DNA of 64,000 nt from Actinomycetes bacterium (GTDB lineage: Bacteria > Actinomycetota > Acidimicrobiia > Spongiisociales > UBA5794): NCBI GenBank assembly GCA_024638645.1, contig JAHEJX010000003.1:1395-65394 (forward strand). The letters run 5' to 3'. This document shows, piece by piece, positions 9,202-18,161 of the stretch (the stretch's first letter is position 1; each line of letters begins with the position of its first letter). The notes under the pieces were generated by a model that ran no database searches, had not been told where the DNA came from, and saw only the letters and a program-made list of their open reading frames with translations. The position numbers and the translations under genes were made by a program.

Positions 9202-10332
9202 GTGGTCGAGATCACGCGCCAGCAGCTAACCGAAGATCCCCACCCGATCCATGCCGAGCTTCGCGCCGAATCTCCAGTCGCCTGGGTCGAGGCGCTCGGT
9301 GGTTGGGTTGTCCTTTCTCGTGAGCTTGCGGTCGAAGTGATGCGAGACGCCGCGACGTTCACCGTCGATCACCCCGGATTCACCACCGCCCAGGTTGTGG
9401 GACCTTCGATGCTGTCGCTAGATGGGCCCGAACATCGTCACCATCGCGATCCGTTCGTCAACTTCTTCCGGCTTGCCGGCCTGCGACGCCGGTTCGCCGA
9501 TTACCTCGCCGATACGGCAGCCGCCAGAGTGACGGAGCTTCGATCGCGTGGATTTGCCGAGCTGCGGATGGGTCTGGCCGGCCCGTTTGCTGTTGATGTT
9601 GTCGCCGAACTGCTCGGAATGATCGACGTCGACCCGCTCGAGCTGCTGACCTTGTATCGGGACATCGTCGGGGCCGTCACCGACCTGTCAGCCGGCAATG
9701 CCATGCCGTCCTCGGGTCCGGCCGCCGTGGCCGAGCTCAGGTCCCATGTCGCAAGGGCGGCCGCAGGCACTGGCATGTTGTCTGCGGTGGCGGAAACCCT
9801 CACGGGTGACGAAGTGCTCTCCAACGCGGCCGTAATGCTGTTTGGGGGAATCGAGACCAACGAAGGATTGAACGCTGCGGCCCTTTGGTATCTGCTCACC
9901 GAACCCGGTCTGCTCAGCATCGCGCTAGAGAATCGAGACGTGCTCGCGTCGCTCGTAGAAGAAGCCTTGCGGCTGGAACCGGCGGCGGCCCGCATTGACC
10001 GGTTCGCCACTCGTGATGTCGATATCGGGGGAGCGTCGGTCGCCAAAGACGATCTCGTGATTATCTCTCTCGCCGCCGCCAATCGGGACCCGGCGTCGTT
10101 TGCGGCGCCAGATGAGTTCCGGCTCGATCGTAGGGGAGACGCCCATGTGGCATTCGCCCTCGGGCCCCACGTCTGTATAGGTCAGCACCTGGCACGGATG
10201 GAGACGATTGCGTTGCTCGACGCCGTCCTGTCGGGATTGCCGGAAATCAGGCTCGACAGTCGGCGGTCGGTCGGCCCCACCGGACTTGTGTTTCGCAAGC
10301 CGGCGGCTGTGGCTGTCACCTGGCAGCCCTAG
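9202..10332 (+). CDS. cytochrome P450
   Basis: 376 aa with the heme-ligand loop FALGPHVCIGQHLAR (FxxGxxxCxG), the EEALRLEP (ExxR) motif and an I-helix-like LFGGIETNE. Confidence 0.9.
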   Translation: MVEITRQQLTEDPHPIHAELRAESPVAWVEALGGWVVLSRELAVEVMRDAATFTVDHPGFTTAQVVGPSMLSLDGPEHRHHRDPFVNFFRLAGLRRRFADYLADTAAARVTELRSRGFAELRMGLAGPFAVDVVAELLGMIDVDPLELLTLYRDIVGAVTDLSAGNAMPSSGPAAVAELRSHVARAAAGTGMLSAVAETLTGDEVLSNAAVMLFGGIETNEGLNAAALWYLLTEPGLLSIALENRDVLASLVEEALRLEPAAARIDRFATRDVDIGGASVAKDDLVIISLAAANRDPASFAAPDEFRLDRRGDAHVAFALGPHVCIGQHLARMETIALLDAVLSGLPEIRLDSRRSVGPTGLVFRKPAAVAVTWQP

Positions 10333-10377
10333 GTGACAGCTGGTTGTCGAGCTACCAGCTACGAGGTATCGGCTCTC

Positions 10378-11403
10378 CTATTCGCCGCAACCGATGCCGG
10401 CCTGCATGTATGTGATCTCGCCGCCGATCAGATCGTTGCTGATAGTTCCACTGATGCCGGTCGGGTTGTCGGCGACCACGAATCGCCAGAAGTTGAAAGG
10501 ATCGACCAGGAACACACTGACGACGTTGTAGAGCAGCTCTAGCTGGCCGCGTTTGTCTCCGACCCGCAGTCCTTGCGGTGTAGCCAGCTTCATGTCCTTG
10601 TAGCCTCCGAAGCCGCGCACCTGCCAGTGGAAGAAGCTGCCTTCACTGAGCCCGGTGCGGGTGAAGAACGTCAGCACGTTGCCCCAGCGCACCATTCGCA
10701 CCTCGTCGTTCGGGCAGACTCCCCATGGGCTGTTGCCGGCCTCGACCCAGCCGGAATCCTCGTCTGGGGCGCCCTCGAGATCGGGATCGCCCATCAGTGC
10801 CAGCTCCACCAACGCGAAGTCGGTCGGTGTGCCGAAGGGAATCTGGCCAATGCCGTTTGCCTTCAAGCGGAATGGGCCGTGTGGGCCCTCGCAGGACACT
10901 TTGGTTTCGGATGTGCACCAGTCTCGGTTTGCGCCTCCATGTGAGAAGTCGCCGGCTCCCGCTCCGCCTTCGAGGTGGTCGCCGCCGGCGCGCCCGCGCA
11001 GGGTGTCGTTGCCTTTGTTGCCGATCAAGACGTCACGGCCCCCGCCACCGATGATCTCGTCGCCGCCGCGGAGGCCGGCGAGCGCGTCCATGCCGTTCTG
11101 TCCCATGATCGTGTCGACACCCGGCCCGCCGAGGATCAGATCGTGGCCCGTGCCGCCCTCGATGGTGTCATTGCCTTTGCCGCCGCAAATGATGTCGTCC
11201 CCGCCGAGGCCGTCGATGGTGTCGCTTCCGCCGCCTCCCCATATGACGTCGGGGCCTGCCGTGCCCATCAAGATGTTGTTACCGCCGTCACCCATGATGT
11301 CGGGGGCTTCCCCGAAGCAACTCACCAACTCTTCGGCAGGCAGTGCTGGGCTGCTTGTCAGCACCAGCGCGGCGACGGATCCAATCAAAAACAGGCGGCG
11401 CAT
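10378..11403 (-). CDS. secreted calcium-binding protein with RTX-type GGxGxD nonapeptide repeats plus a C-terminal non-repeat domain
   Basis: I trimmed the ORF to the Met at 11403 (MRRLFLIGSVAALVLTSSPALPA signal peptide), which is preceded by GGGAGGA. It carries a run of GGGGSDTIDGLGGDDIICGGKGNDTIEGGTGHD.. repeats. Confidence 0.8.
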   Translation of the reverse strand: MRRLFLIGSVAALVLTSSPALPAEELVSCFGEAPDIMGDGGNNILMGTAGPDVIWGGGGSDTIDGLGGDDIICGGKGNDTIEGGTGHDLILGGPGVDTIMGQNGMDALAGLRGGDEIIGGGGRDVLIGNKGNDTLRGRAGGDHLEGGAGAGDFSHGGANRDWCTSETKVSCEGPHGPFRLKANGIGQIPFGTPTDFALVELALMGDPDLEGAPDEDSGWVEAGNSPWGVCPNDEVRMVRWGNVLTFFTRTGLSEGSFFHWQVRGFGGYKDMKLATPQGLRVGDKRGQLELLYNVVSVFLVDPFNFWRFVVADNPTGISGTISNDLIGGEITYMQAGIGCGE

Positions 11404-11506
11404 CGATTCCTCCCTCACGAGCACTCTGGGTGAGCCTATCGGCGTCGGCCGCAATTCCGGTGGCGCCTGGTGATTATCGTTGCGAATTCGCCGTGGGAGG
11501 AGAACC

Positions 11507-12664
11507 GTGACCGGTTCGATCGGTCGAGTCGAAACGCAGTTCTTCACGTTTGGGTCGCATGACGCTCCATTCGTCATGATGTGCGGCTCCATCCTTTCCG
11601 AGGTGACACTGGCCTACGAAACGTACGGCAACCTAAATGCCGAGGCATCGAACGCAGTGCTCGTCTTTCACGCGCTCACTGGCTCGCAACATGCCGCGGG
11701 ATTCAATCCTGAAGTGCCCGGCGTTGGCGAGCGGTGGACCGAGGACAACCACGTCGGATGGTGGGATGGCTTCATCGGTCCGGGCAAGCCCATCGACACC
11801 GACAGGTACTTCGTTGTCTGTGCCAACTACTTAGGAGGCTGCTACGGGTCGACCGGCCCTACCTCGATCAACCCGGAGACGGGCAAGCCTTACGGCAGTT
11901 CTTTTCCGAACGTCTGCTTCGCCGATATGGTGGACAGCCAACTGAAGTTGCTCGAACACCTCGGCATCGAGAAGCTGCACGCGGTGGCTGCCGGATCGAC
12001 GGGCGGCGTCATGGCGCTCTCCCTTGCGACCCGTTACCCCGACAAGGTGAACGTCGTGATTCCGTTCGCCAGCGGCGTCAAAACGACCGCACTGCAGCGG
12101 ATTCACAATTACGAGCAGATCAACGCCATCCAGACAGACCCGGCTTTCAATGGCGGCGATTATTACGAGGGCCCCGGACCGGTCGATGGGCTGTCGTTGG
12201 CGAGGATGATCAGCCATAAGACCTTCGTCTCGCTGAAGTCGCTACAGCTGCGGGCTCGTGACGAGGTCCTCGACATCGACGATGGGGCAGGGTTCTACGA
12301 CCTCACCCATCCGCTCGAGTCATATATGCGGCACCAGGGTGACAAATTCGTGAAGCGTTTTGACGCCAACTCCTATTTGCGCATCATGCATGCCTGGCAG
12401 ACCTATGACCTGGTGGCTGAGGCGGGCGTCGAGGATCTGTCAGAGCTGTTCGTTGCGTGCAAACACCAGCGATATATGGTCTTCACGATCGACTCGGACG
12501 TGTGTTTCTACCCCGACGAGCAGCAGGAGATGGTGCGCTATCTCGAGCTGGCCGATGTCCCGTATCGATGGATCACGGTACATTCGGACAAGGGCCACGA
12601 CTCGTTTTTGGTGGAGCCCGAGCTCTACGCGCCGCACCTGGTGGCGACGCTAGAGGGGTATTAG
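11507..12664 (+). CDS. metX: homoserine O-acetyltransferase
   Basis: Shows LAYETYG.LN....NAVLVFHALTGS.H, a nucleophile-elbow-like GSTGG and a C-terminal HSDKGHDSFL. The GTG at 11507 is preferred as start because GGAGG lies 6 nt upstream; the ORF track starts at 11480. Confidence 0.9.
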   Translation: MTGSIGRVETQFFTFGSHDAPFVMMCGSILSEVTLAYETYGNLNAEASNAVLVFHALTGSQHAAGFNPEVPGVGERWTEDNHVGWWDGFIGPGKPIDTDRYFVVCANYLGGCYGSTGPTSINPETGKPYGSSFPNVCFADMVDSQLKLLEHLGIEKLHAVAAGSTGGVMALSLATRYPDKVNVVIPFASGVKTTALQRIHNYEQINAIQTDPAFNGGDYYEGPGPVDGLSLARMISHKTFVSLKSLQLRARDEVLDIDDGAGFYDLTHPLESYMRHQGDKFVKRFDANSYLRIMHAWQTYDLVAEAGVEDLSELFVACKHQRYMVFTIDSDVCFYPDEQQEMVRYLELADVPYRWITVHSDKGHDSFLVEPELYAPHLVATLEGY

Positions 12665-12780
12665 GCCAAGCCGTGGGTTTGGCTGGTTTACCGAACCCGG
12701 CCTGTCTCGGTCCCGTACGTGATCGGGCGACTACGGGGACGGTCCGCTTGGGTAGCCGCTGGGTGGCATAACATCTCGTC

Positions 12781-13611
12781 ATGGAACTCGCCGACCGGCC
12801 GATTGGGGTTTTTGACTCCGGCGTTGGCGGGTTGTCGATACTCAGGGAGATGCACTCCCGACTGCCAGACGAAGACCTTGTTTATCTCGCCGACCAGGAG
12901 TGGGCTCCGTATGGCAGCAAAGGCCTCGACGAGGTTCGCAGCCGATCCGTCGCCGTAGCCGCCGAGCTGATTGGGCGAGGCGCCAAGATGGTCGTGGTGG
13001 CGTGCAACAGCGCCTCGGCAGCGGCGTTGCACTATCTGCGCGACGTCTTCCCTGAAACACCGTTCGTCGGCATGGAGCCTGCGCTGAAGCCGGCAGCCGC
13101 TCACACGGATAGGGGTGTCATTGGAGTCCTCGCCACCGAGACCACCTTCCAGGGTGCGCTTTACGCATCGGTGCTCGATCGCCACACGGAGGGAGTCGAG
13201 GTGATCGAGGTGGCCGGCACGCGCCTGGCGATGTTGGTCGAGGAAGGTCGGCTCGACGAGGCGAAATCCGACCTCGAGATTCTGCTCCGGCCCATGCTCG
13301 ACGCCGGCATCGACACTCTGGTTTTGGGCTGCACCCACTATCCGTTTCTGGATGAGCAGATCAGCGACGTGACCGGGCCCGATGTGCGCTTGGTGGATCC
13401 GGCGCCGGCCGTGGCCCGCCAGGTGCATCGAGTACTCGAGATAGGCGAGATCCTGAATCGATCAGGCGGCGGAATCTCCTATCTAACAAGCGGTGATCCC
13501 GGCCGCTTCGAGACACGGACCTTCGAGCTCGTTGGTTATGCAATCAACGCCATCCGAGTCGACATCGAAGACCAGGGAATCCGGTGGCGGGCCCCGACCA
13601 CCGCGGAGTAA
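12781..13611 (+). CDS. murI: glutamate racemase
   Basis: Shows IGVFDSGVGGLSILREM, the VVACNSASA catalytic Cys region and the LGCTHYPFL second Cys region. Confidence 0.9.
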   Translation: MELADRPIGVFDSGVGGLSILREMHSRLPDEDLVYLADQEWAPYGSKGLDEVRSRSVAVAAELIGRGAKMVVVACNSASAAALHYLRDVFPETPFVGMEPALKPAAAHTDRGVIGVLATETTFQGALYASVLDRHTEGVEVIEVAGTRLAMLVEEGRLDEAKSDLEILLRPMLDAGIDTLVLGCTHYPFLDEQISDVTGPDVRLVDPAPAVARQVHRVLEIGEILNRSGGGISYLTSGDPGRFETRTFELVGYAINAIRVDIEDQGIRWRAPTTAE

Positions 13612-13639
13612 CTTCAGTCCAACGCAAGGAGGAGCGCGC

Positions 13640-13999
13640 ATGGGTAACAAGATCGTTCACATCGAGTTCATGGGAGCCGATGGCGCAGGCCAGCAGAAGT
13701 TCTATTCGGACGTTTTCGGCTGGGCAACTGAGGAAGTCCCCGGTTTCAATCACTACTACATGGTGTCTCCCGACAGCGCTGGTGCACCGGGGGCGGCGAT
13801 CGGTCAGGGTCCCGAGGACTCACCCAACTATGTAGCGGTGTACGTCGAGGTTGACTCAATAGATGACCATCTCGCCAAGATCGGCGAAGCCGGTGGCCAG
13901 ACGGTGGTGCCACGAACTGTGATCCCGGATGTGGTGACATTCGCGATGTTCACGGATCCAGCAGGCAACGTCGTCGGGCTGACTGAGGCGGGCTCCTAG
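13640..13999 (+). CDS. VOC/glyoxalase-family protein
   Basis: Start set at MGNKIVHIEF, which has AAGGAGG upstream. About 119 aa; the pattern IVHIEF...D....FY..VFGW ... G..FA.F.DP.GN..GL is typical of the family. Confidence 0.75.
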   Translation: MGNKIVHIEFMGADGAGQQKFYSDVFGWATEEVPGFNHYYMVSPDSAGAPGAAIGQGPEDSPNYVAVYVEVDSIDDHLAKIGEAGGQTVVPRTVIPDVVTFAMFTDPAGNVVGLTEAGS

Positions 14000-14002
14000 C
14001 CG

Positions 14003-14536
14003 CTAGATCAGCCGAACTGCGCCGATCCAGGGCAGCGGTACGAACTGATCGGTCTCGCCGACAAGCATTAGGTGGTCGGGGCCCACGGCCTCGATCCGTC
14101 CGCTGGGACGGTGCTCTGAAGCCGTTAAGACCTCGACGCTGGCTTCGTTGATCTCGAGCTCTCTGAGCCTTGCGAGGAATGACTCGGGTCCGAATTGCTC
14201 TCGGGTGCGGCCGCCTGCCTGTGACCGCTCGACAACCTCGAGGATCACAGGGCCGGCGAGATTGAGGTGCGTGTTCGTCCCATCGGGCCCAGTCAGGGTT
14301 GCCAAGGTGCCGCGTGCGTGGCTGATCACCCCCCGCAAAGAGGCGGCGCCGATGACCACCCGCACGGTGTCTCCACGGCTCAGGAGCTCGTACGCCACTT
14401 GGGGCAGGTTGCGCGACCGCAGCGCCGACTTGCGAGCTGCATACTCGTCCCCTTCAGCGGTCCGGCGGAATTCGCCGGCAACGGCCTCACGCAGCTCCCT
14501 ATCGAGCTCTTCAAACGGATCCGGAGGCGTCGTCAT
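14003..14536 (-). CDS. hypothetical protein
   Basis: I trimmed the long ORF 14003-15043 to the Met at 14536 (MTTPPDPFEEL..), because its upstream part overlaps folB on the opposite strand. I recognise no family. Confidence 0.5.
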   Translation of the reverse strand: MTTPPDPFEELDRELREAVAGEFRRTAEGDEYAARKSALRSRNLPQVAYELLSRGDTVRVVIGAASLRGVISHARGTLATLTGPDGTNTHLNLAGPVILEVVERSQAGGRTREQFGPESFLARLRELEINEASVEVLTASEHRPSGRIEAVGPDHLMLVGETDQFVPLPWIGAVRLI

Positions 14537-14686
14537 AGGACGGGACGGTACTAGCGGGATTGCTTCGCAATCCCGTTCGAGTTTGCTGGCGAACTCGGGC
14601 TGGGGGCGGGTACGAGCTTGCTCCTCCCAGGCGCTGTCCGATTCACGGCGGCGATCTCGCCCGATGAGGTCTGTACGCTCATCCTC

Positions 14687-15058
14687 ATGGACGGCAATAG
14701 CCTCGACAAAGTTCGAATAACGGACCTGACGGTATTGGGCATCGTGGGCATCAACCCCGACGAGCGCACGACGCCGCAGGAGATCCGGGTCAACTGCACC
14801 ATGTGGGTGGACACCCGACCGGCTGCTGCCAGCGACGACATTGCAGACGCCGCCAATTACCGCACAGTTTCCAAAGCGCTCATTGCCCACCTCGAATCGG
14901 GTGAGCCCATGCTGGTGGAGCGCCTCGTCCAAGAACTCGCCGATATTGTTTTTGAAACCGAACCCCGGGTTCACTCCGTAGAAATGACAGTGGAGAAGCC
15001 CACGGCCCTTCGTCATGCAGGTTCTGTGGGAATCACAATCCACCGCTCGCGCGTTTAG
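14687..15058 (+). CDS. folB: dihydroneopterin aldolase
   Basis: VRITDLTVLGIVGINPDER...I.V...MW ... NYRTVSKA ... LVERL...A..VF ... V.VEKP matches the FolB fold signature. Start placed at the ATG at 14687. Confidence 0.85.
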   Translation: MDGNSLDKVRITDLTVLGIVGINPDERTTPQEIRVNCTMWVDTRPAAASDDIADAANYRTVSKALIAHLESGEPMLVERLVQELADIVFETEPRVHSVEMTVEKPTALRHAGSVGITIHRSRV

Positions 15059-15088
15059 AGCCTGTAACTACTTCTGGAGATACCAACC

Positions 15089-16207
15089 ATGGGCCCCCAC
15101 AACCGCACAGATGCCGTGATTTCCGTCGGCTCGAACATCGACCGTGAGAAGCACCTCCCCGAGGCCGTTCGCTTGTTGCGGCGTCATCGGGCCATCGACG
15201 TCGTCGACGTCAGCCGTGTGTTCGAGTCACCCTCCGTGGGCGGCGGGTCAGGCGCCCCCGACTTTTTCAACGCCGCCGTCCGGGTGTGCACCGGACTCGA
15301 ACCAGACGACCTGCGCGATGAGCTTCGCCACATCGAGGGGGTCCTGGGCCGGACCCGAACCGAGGACATCAATGCACCGCGGACGATCGACCTCGACATT
15401 GCCTACTACGAAGACGTCGCCGTTCGCAACAACGGATTGTCCATTCCGGCTCCAGATGTGCTGACCGCTCCCCATGTAGCAGTGCCGGTTGCCGACGTCG
15501 CTCCTGATTGGAAGCACCCTCAGACGAACCAAACAACTTACGAGATCGTCGCCGGCATGGACACTTCGTCCGTGAAGCCGGTGAAAGGCTTTCGGCTGTC
15601 TCCAGTACAGAAGGCGGACGACGATTGGGAGTCCGAGCGCACCGAGGTGTATTCGCCAAAGCTCGAGGGTCTCGTACGTGAGCAGCTCTTGGAGCTCGGC
15701 GAGGATCCAGGACGCGAAGGCCTTCTCAAAACGCCACTGCGAGTCGCCAAGGCAATGGACTACATCACGTCCGGCTACTCGACGTCACTCGACGAGGTCG
15801 TCAACAACGCAGTTTTTGATGCTGAGGGCGCCGACGAAATCGTCGTGGTGAAGGACATCGAGTTCTACTCGATGTGTGAGCACCACATGTTGCCGTTCTT
15901 CGGAAAGGCCGCCGTGGCTTATTTGCCGGACAAGCACATCATCGGCCTCTCCAAGCTGGCCCGCATCACCGATCTGTACGCCCGCCGCCTGCAGGTGCAA
16001 GAGCGGCTGACCAACCAGGTCGCCAATGCCGTCCAAGAGGTTCTCTCGCCTTACGGAGTCGCCGTGGTGATGTCCGGCCAGCACCTCTGCATGATGATGC
16101 GAGGCGTGCAGAAACAGGACAGCTTCACCGTCACCAGCGCCATGCTCGGTACGTTCAAGAACGATGCGAGGACGCGGGCTGAGCTGATGGATCTTCTGAA
16201 GCAGTAG
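15089..16207 (+). CDS. folK-folE: bifunctional HPPK (FolK) / GTP cyclohydrolase I (FolE) fusion protein
   Basis: The first ~158 aa are HPPK-like ([39 protein letters not shown]). The last ~185 aa are GCH-I ([44 protein letters not shown]). Confidence 0.85.
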   Translation: MGPHNRTDAVISVGSNIDREKHLPEAVRLLRRHRAIDVVDVSRVFESPSVGGGSGAPDFFNAAVRVCTGLEPDDLRDELRHIEGVLGRTRTEDINAPRTIDLDIAYYEDVAVRNNGLSIPAPDVLTAPHVAVPVADVAPDWKHPQTNQTTYEIVAGMDTSSVKPVKGFRLSPVQKADDDWESERTEVYSPKLEGLVREQLLELGEDPGREGLLKTPLRVAKAMDYITSGYSTSLDEVVNNAVFDAEGADEIVVVKDIEFYSMCEHHMLPFFGKAAVAYLPDKHIIGLSKLARITDLYARRLQVQERLTNQVANAVQEVLSPYGVAVVMSGQHLCMMMRGVQKQDSFTVTSAMLGTFKNDARTRAELMDLLKQ

Positions 16208-16385
16208 CGCCGTTCGGCTCCGTATACGTAGTGATGGCGGCCAACGGGCCGCATTGCTCGACCCTGAAGGGTTTCAGATGAATCTGTTTCGCAAACTGTG
16301 GAATTCCTGTTCGAGCGGGTGGCACCAGGACGCCTTGAGCTCGATCGCAGCTATGTCTCGCACAGAATCGCGTTTCTGACTACTG

Positions 16386-16406
16386 GATACCGGATACCGA
16401 ATACCG
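16386..16406. repeat. three tandem heptamers GATACCG-GATACCG-AATACCG in the moaA leader
   Basis: Read directly. The array sits 30 nt upstream of the preferred moaA GTG start and belongs to the same motif family as the array at 43553-43594. Confidence 0.6.
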
Positions 16407-16435
16407 ACGCTTCTCCGTCTAGGTACCCTGTAAGG

Positions 16436-17440
16436 GTGAAAGACGTTTTCGACGCGCTCGGCAGGCCAATTAGGGATCTGCGGATCTCGGTGACCGACCG
16501 GTGCAATTTCCGCTGCACCTACTGCATGCCGAAGGAGATCTTCAATAGGGACTACGAGTTTCTGCCGCGTGCGGAATTGTTGACATTTGAAGAAATGGCG
16601 GAGGTCGCTCGCGTGTTCGCGGGGTTCGGTGTCAACAAGATCCGCCTGACCGGCGGCGAGCCGCTCATGCGCAAAGGCATCGACAAGCTCATCAGCGCCG
16701 TCAAGGTCATCGACGGCATTGCAGACGTCACGCTCACCACCAACGGCTCATTGCTGAAGCGCGATGCCGCCAAGCTGGTGGGAGCCGGCCTGGACCGAGT
16801 TACGGTCAGCCTCGATTCGCTGAATGACGAAACCTTCATGGCGATGAACGACGCCGGATACTCGGTCGGGCAAGTCCTCGAAGGCATCGAGGCGGCAGCA
16901 GACGCCGGACTGGCGCCGATCAAGATCAACGCCGTCGTGCAGAGGGGAGTCAACGATCACGAGGTTGTAGAAATGGCCGAGCACTTCAGGGGCACCGGCC
17001 ATGTGATGCGATTCATCGAATACATGGACGTCGGCACTACCAACGGATGGCGCCTCAACGATGTCGTCCCCGCCAAGGAAATTGTCGCGGCAATCCACGC
17101 CAAGTTCCCGCTGGAGCCCGCCGACCCGAACTACCGCGGCGAAGTGGCACAGCGTTATCGCTATAGGGACGGTGCCGGGGAGGTGGGAGTTATCAGCTCG
17201 GTGACCCAACCGTTCTGCCGTGATTGCACCAGAGCCCGCCTCTCCGCTGAGGGCATGCTGTACACCTGCCTCTTCGCGGGCGAAGGCACGGATCTACGCG
17301 CTGTCGTGCGCGACGACCCGAGCAGGCTCGCCGAAGTCGTTGCTGGTGTGTGGACGGCTCGCACCGATCGCTATAGCGAGCAGCGCTCAGAGGCCACACT
17401 GCCGTTCCCCAAGGTCGAGATGTCCTACATCGGCGGCTAG
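16436..17440 (+). CDS. moaA: GTP 3',8-cyclase (molybdenum cofactor biosynthesis protein A)
   Basis: Shows the radical-SAM CNFRCTYCMP motif, RLTGGEPL and the C-terminal FCRDCTRARLSAEG cluster. The GTG at 16436 is preferred as start; the ORF track starts at 16298, which would translate the heptamer repeat. Confidence 0.9.
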   Translation: MKDVFDALGRPIRDLRISVTDRCNFRCTYCMPKEIFNRDYEFLPRAELLTFEEMAEVARVFAGFGVNKIRLTGGEPLMRKGIDKLISAVKVIDGIADVTLTTNGSLLKRDAAKLVGAGLDRVTVSLDSLNDETFMAMNDAGYSVGQVLEGIEAAADAGLAPIKINAVVQRGVNDHEVVEMAEHFRGTGHVMRFIEYMDVGTTNGWRLNDVVPAKEIVAAIHAKFPLEPADPNYRGEVAQRYRYRDGAGEVGVISSVTQPFCRDCTRARLSAEGMLYTCLFAGEGTDLRAVVRDDPSRLAEVVAGVWTARTDRYSEQRSEATLPFPKVEMSYIGG

Positions 17441-18003
17441 AAACTGCAGCCGGCCGTCTTGAACTCGCTGGTGTCGGTCAACCATTCGAGAAGTCGGAGG
17501 CAACCGCTGTCCCCTTGCGCGTTTCCCGAATCGAACCAGCACGGCTGGGGTTCTCGCTCCGATGGTCGCTGTTGGGCCGCACTGCAGGCAGGCCAGTTCA
17601 TGGGTTCCTCCCCTGATCGTATGGGTCGGCTGGCCCGGCTGACATCACCCCAGAATCGAAAGCCAGATTCGCCGGGCGAACGAACGAGAACCGGGATGCC
17701 CTCCGCTGTGAACTCCATCCGGAACTGGCCGGTCGAGGTCCGAGTCGTGAAGGCAATGACCGCTTGGTGGTTGCGGGGTGTGACGTTGCGCCCGGTATCC
17801 GTTCCCGTCAGCTGCTGAAACGCCTCCTCTGGTTGCAGGTCCGGATCGAACCAAGGAAACAAAACGCCCGGCTCGCCACTCGCCCGCCGAGAACTGTCCT
17901 CGCCTGCGACCGTCGTGACTACGTGCATCGTCCAGTGAGACTCATTACACCCGAGGATCCAACCTGGTCTCTCGGTGCTGTCCTGGCTCCGAATTGAGTA
18001 CAT
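17437..18003 (-). CDS. Cys-rich extracytoplasmic protein, paralog of the next gene upstream (N-terminus uncertain)
   Basis: It shares FPWFDPDLQPEEA, MEF..EGIPV.VR.PG..G.RFW and a C-terminal T.A.CS. with 18162-18866. Homology and a TM helix continue 5' of the listed Met, up to about 18174, but no ATG/GTG/TTG occurs there. Confidence 0.55.
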   Translation of the reverse strand: MYSIRSQDSTERPGWILGCNESHWTMHVVTTVAGEDSSRRASGEPGVLFPWFDPDLQPEEAFQQLTGTDTGRNVTPRNHQAVIAFTTRTSTGQFRMEFTAEGIPVLVRSPGESGFRFWGDVSRASRPIRSGEEPMNWPACSAAQQRPSEREPQPCWFDSGNAQGDSGCLRLLEWLTDTSEFKTAGCSF

Positions 18004-18161
18004 GAAGGCGGGCCACTCGCCGGACTGACAGTTGGCTCCGGTGTCTTCCTGGTCCGGCGGACCGTCAAACGCTGTCGCTGTGGCGACTATGCCCGCAATA
18101 GCCAGCAGTGCCGCAGTAACCAGTAGATCATGTGTCGTCTTGGGCGCTTCATCCGTCGTGG

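Noticed and set aside
10655-11473. 272-aa plus-strand ORF inside the first RTX gene
   Set aside because: The same antisense artefact, giving Pro/Ser-rich low-complexity translation. The minus-strand product has a recognisable architecture.
11404-11506. A riboswitch or T-box upstream of metX
   Set aside because: The region is only ~100 nt and is shared with the divergent RTX gene. I saw no S-box core, so it is more likely just two promoters.
12688-13428. 246-aa minus-strand ORF
   Set aside because: It lies entirely antisense to murI, whose catalytic motifs are unambiguous.
14537-15043. Upstream 169 codons of the 346-aa minus-strand ORF 14003-15043
   Set aside because: This part overlaps a clear folB on the plus strand and has no recognisable similarity. 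An internal Met at 14536 gives a sensible independent protein.
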